Source: Camelus dromedarius (taxonomy: Eukaryota). From it: a stretch of DNA of 64,000 bases. Within the stretch, counting starts at the first letter, position 1. Each line of letters starts with the position of its first letter. The DNA is taken from positions 102,302,001-102,366,000 of the forward strand of contig NC_087472.1 in NCBI RefSeq assembly GCF_036321535.1, in the 5' to 3' direction. A program made the translations under genes and the position numbers. Under the pieces are notes generated by a model. That model was not told the DNA's origin and did no database searches. It worked only from the letters and a program-made list of their open reading frames with translations. This document shows, one piece after another, positions 61,801 through 64,000 of the stretch.

Positions 61801-61831
61801 AGGCCTTATACTCTTTATCACGGACAGTTTT
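61544..61831 (-). CDS. TXLNG: TXLNG terminal coding exon
   Basis: Minus strand tgacag|AAAACTGTC, phase 0; KTVRDKEYKAFQIKLDRLEKLCRALQTERNELNEKVEVLKEQVS...GVELVD*. Contains the taxilin motif LEKLCRALQ and lies convergent with RBBP7 as in the known synteny. Confidence 0.93.
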   Translation of the reverse strand, partial: KTVRDKEYKAFQIKLDRLEKLCRALQTERNELNEKVEVLKEQVSGRAAGAGPGLGPAPLGPQACAARASPDQPRPWPSAPAGGAPEAAPGVELVD

Positions 61832-62700
61832 CTGTCAAGAGGGACAAAGAAGGCAGGATTTATGTAACCTCACTGAATACAAACTGGGTTACTGGGTAGA
61901 AAAATGAAGTAGTTTTGAGTCACTTGTTTGATCACCTCTCGAACATGTTCAATTCCGTCGAACCCCTCCTAATGTTCTGGCCAGCTGCATTCTGCACACA
62001 TCCCCACGACACCAGATGATACTTTGCACAACTAACGTCGGTCTAGGGTGACAGAACTAAATCCCCTCTTTTCATGTTTCTCGAAAGTAAGCAAAATCAT
62101 CTTGTAAGAACATTTCATAGTGATGAAATATTAAGGAAATTCAAGACAAAGACTAGCAGATAAAAAATTAAAGCTCTGATTAAGTATAGAGAAGGACTCA
62201 TCTTATTTCTACAGATTTCTGTTTTACCAATCCTCAGATGAGAACAAGATTCAAGGTGTGATATTTCATGTTTGTAAACAGTACACTTCTGCTGCACAAA
62301 ACTGCCCAAAAATCCGACGGTGCCTTTTTGAAAAGACTAAGTCACGGCAGAAAGAAAGGCAGCTGGGCCGGTCACCCAGGCTCCCAGTGCAAAATCTGAG
62401 GCCAACTCCCTGACCTCAGCCCAGACCCCAGGAACCCACCTCTGGGTGGAGCCCCAACCTCCCTGGTCTCCAAGCTGGAGCCTAACACAGGCTGAGCTGC
62501 TGGAAAGCCAACAGCTCGCCAGGGGCCCGACGCCTGCAGCCTAACTACCGCCAGGACAGGTTATACTCTAACTCTGGCCAGAGTCCTCAGCGGTGACAGC
62601 AGTGTCACAACACACGTCCCCTGCCCTGTGAGGTACCTTACCTGAACATCATGAATCCCCATGACTAAGAACAAACCCCAGTCGAGGGAAATCACCTCAC

Positions 62701-62796
62701 CTCTTCAGCCATTTGCAGAAGTGCTTTGTTATTGTTTTCCCATTTGGTCCGCCATATTATTGTTTCTTTTTCCAGTTTTTTAATTTTCTTTGTCAT
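62701..62796 (-). CDS. TXLNG: TXLNG (gamma-taxilin) penultimate coding exon
   Basis: Minus strand ccacag|ATGACAAAG...GAAGAG|gtgagg, 96 nt; MTKKIKKLEKETIIWRTKWENNNKALLQMAEE, a taxilin coiled-coil segment. Confidence 0.93.
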
Positions 62797-63970
62797 CTGT
62801 GGATCAACACAATTTCAGATTTAAGCTCTCAGTTCCATTTATCTCTACACCCCGTCCCACCACAAGAAAGTCCGCTCCTTCCTGCCCTCATCACTGCACC
62901 TGCCTCGCCAGGGGGACAGCAGTGCTGTCTGCTGGTGGCAGAGCTCATCTCAGAAGCTACCAGGGTGGCGGCAGCAGGAAACAAAATGGAGATTCGTATT
63001 GTGAGAAAACCAAATTAAATCTCAATTTCAGAGGCAGCAACGTGGAGGAAGCTGTCAGCCAGCATGCTCTGAAGCCTCACTGGTGCTGGAACGCATTTCA
63101 CTCCAGCCGGGGGGACACGAGGCGAGCCCTCCTCCCCAAGTCCTATGAAAGAGTATCCATATTCGTGAGTTTCCTTCCACTAACTCACGTGACTCTTGGA
63201 AGGACAGCTCCCACCCCCACCCTGAAGATTTAAGAACTGGGGCTCTGCCACCCCCTCCAGGAGCACAGCAGGCTCAGGACAAGGGACAGATTCCAGGGAC
63301 TAAGAAAAGGGAACAGTGTTCCTCCCGAGCTTTGGTTATCCTCACAAGTCACAAGGCTGCTTCACTCCACTCCAGACTTTACAAAAAAGAAAATGGGTCC
63401 AAAAATCAGGGGAATGTTCTACAAGGACCCCGTTTTCAGAAATTCAGACTGAGATTTCTGCCTGTCAACGGACCCATTTTCAGGAGTCCTCTGTGCACTG
63501 ATGGCACCCAGCTCTGGTCCCAGTTGGGGTACAGGGGATGCAGATGATGGGACCAGCGCACTCGGGTCCAGAGGGATGGCGGGCTGGGGCGTCCTCTGTG
63601 CTCAACTTGGCTCAGCAGGGGCCTCGGCTGAGCACCGGCAGGCAGACCTGCGCACCGAATTCTCCAGATTACTGGGTCTAAAAATACCTGAAGGTGGTCA
63701 TTTGAGCACTTAACATGGCTAAGCGCTGTCTGAAACACTCTCCTTTATGAAAGGCAGGTATTTTTCTTATTTTTAACAAGGAAGGCACAGAAAGGCTGAA
63801 CCACTTGTCCTCAGTCACACACTATTCGATGCAACCAGGGCCTGACCCCAGACAGCGCACCCCAGTCCCTCACCGCCACCCATACGGTGCCACTGCCCGC
63901 CCACCTCCCTCCTAAAACACCTCCAAGGGGACTATGCCAAGTAAAATAAGGATAGATGGATTGATATGTA

Positions 63971-63990
63971 TGTGTGTGTGTGTGTGTGTG
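63971..63990. repeat. (TG)10 microsatellite
   Basis: Read directly. Confidence 0.95.
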
Positions 63991-64000
63991 TATATGTATA

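Overview
Mammalian genomic DNA, very probably from a camelid: it carries about 12 tRNA-Ala(AGC)-derived SINEs of the camelid Vic-1 type. Bases 1-33.8 kb are repeat-rich intergenic sequence (L1, L2, hAT/Tigger DNA transposons, ERV/MaLR LTRs, SINEs). A CpG-island promoter at about 33.8-35.4 kb drives the complete RBBP7 (RbAp46, WD40 histone chaperone) gene on the + strand. It has 12 coding exons (34802-57470, 1278 nt, 425 aa, all introns GT-AG) and an alternative first exon (35199-35346) giving a longer N-terminus. The last two coding exons and the 3' UTR of TXLNG (gamma-taxilin) lie convergently on the - strand. RBBP7 and TXLNG are X-linked neighbours in placental mammals. I found no new multi-gene system. 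The most interesting signals are: two candidate unannotated cassette exons in RBBP7 (a stop-containing exon in intron 3 and an in-frame 111-nt exon in intron 6); an extreme local GC shift with a rewritten C-terminus in the TXLNG terminal exon; four NRF2/NFE2-type ARE motifs; back-to-back poly(A) hexamers on opposite strands; and several unusual transposon structures. Repeat family names and comparisons with human proteins come from memory, not from a database search.
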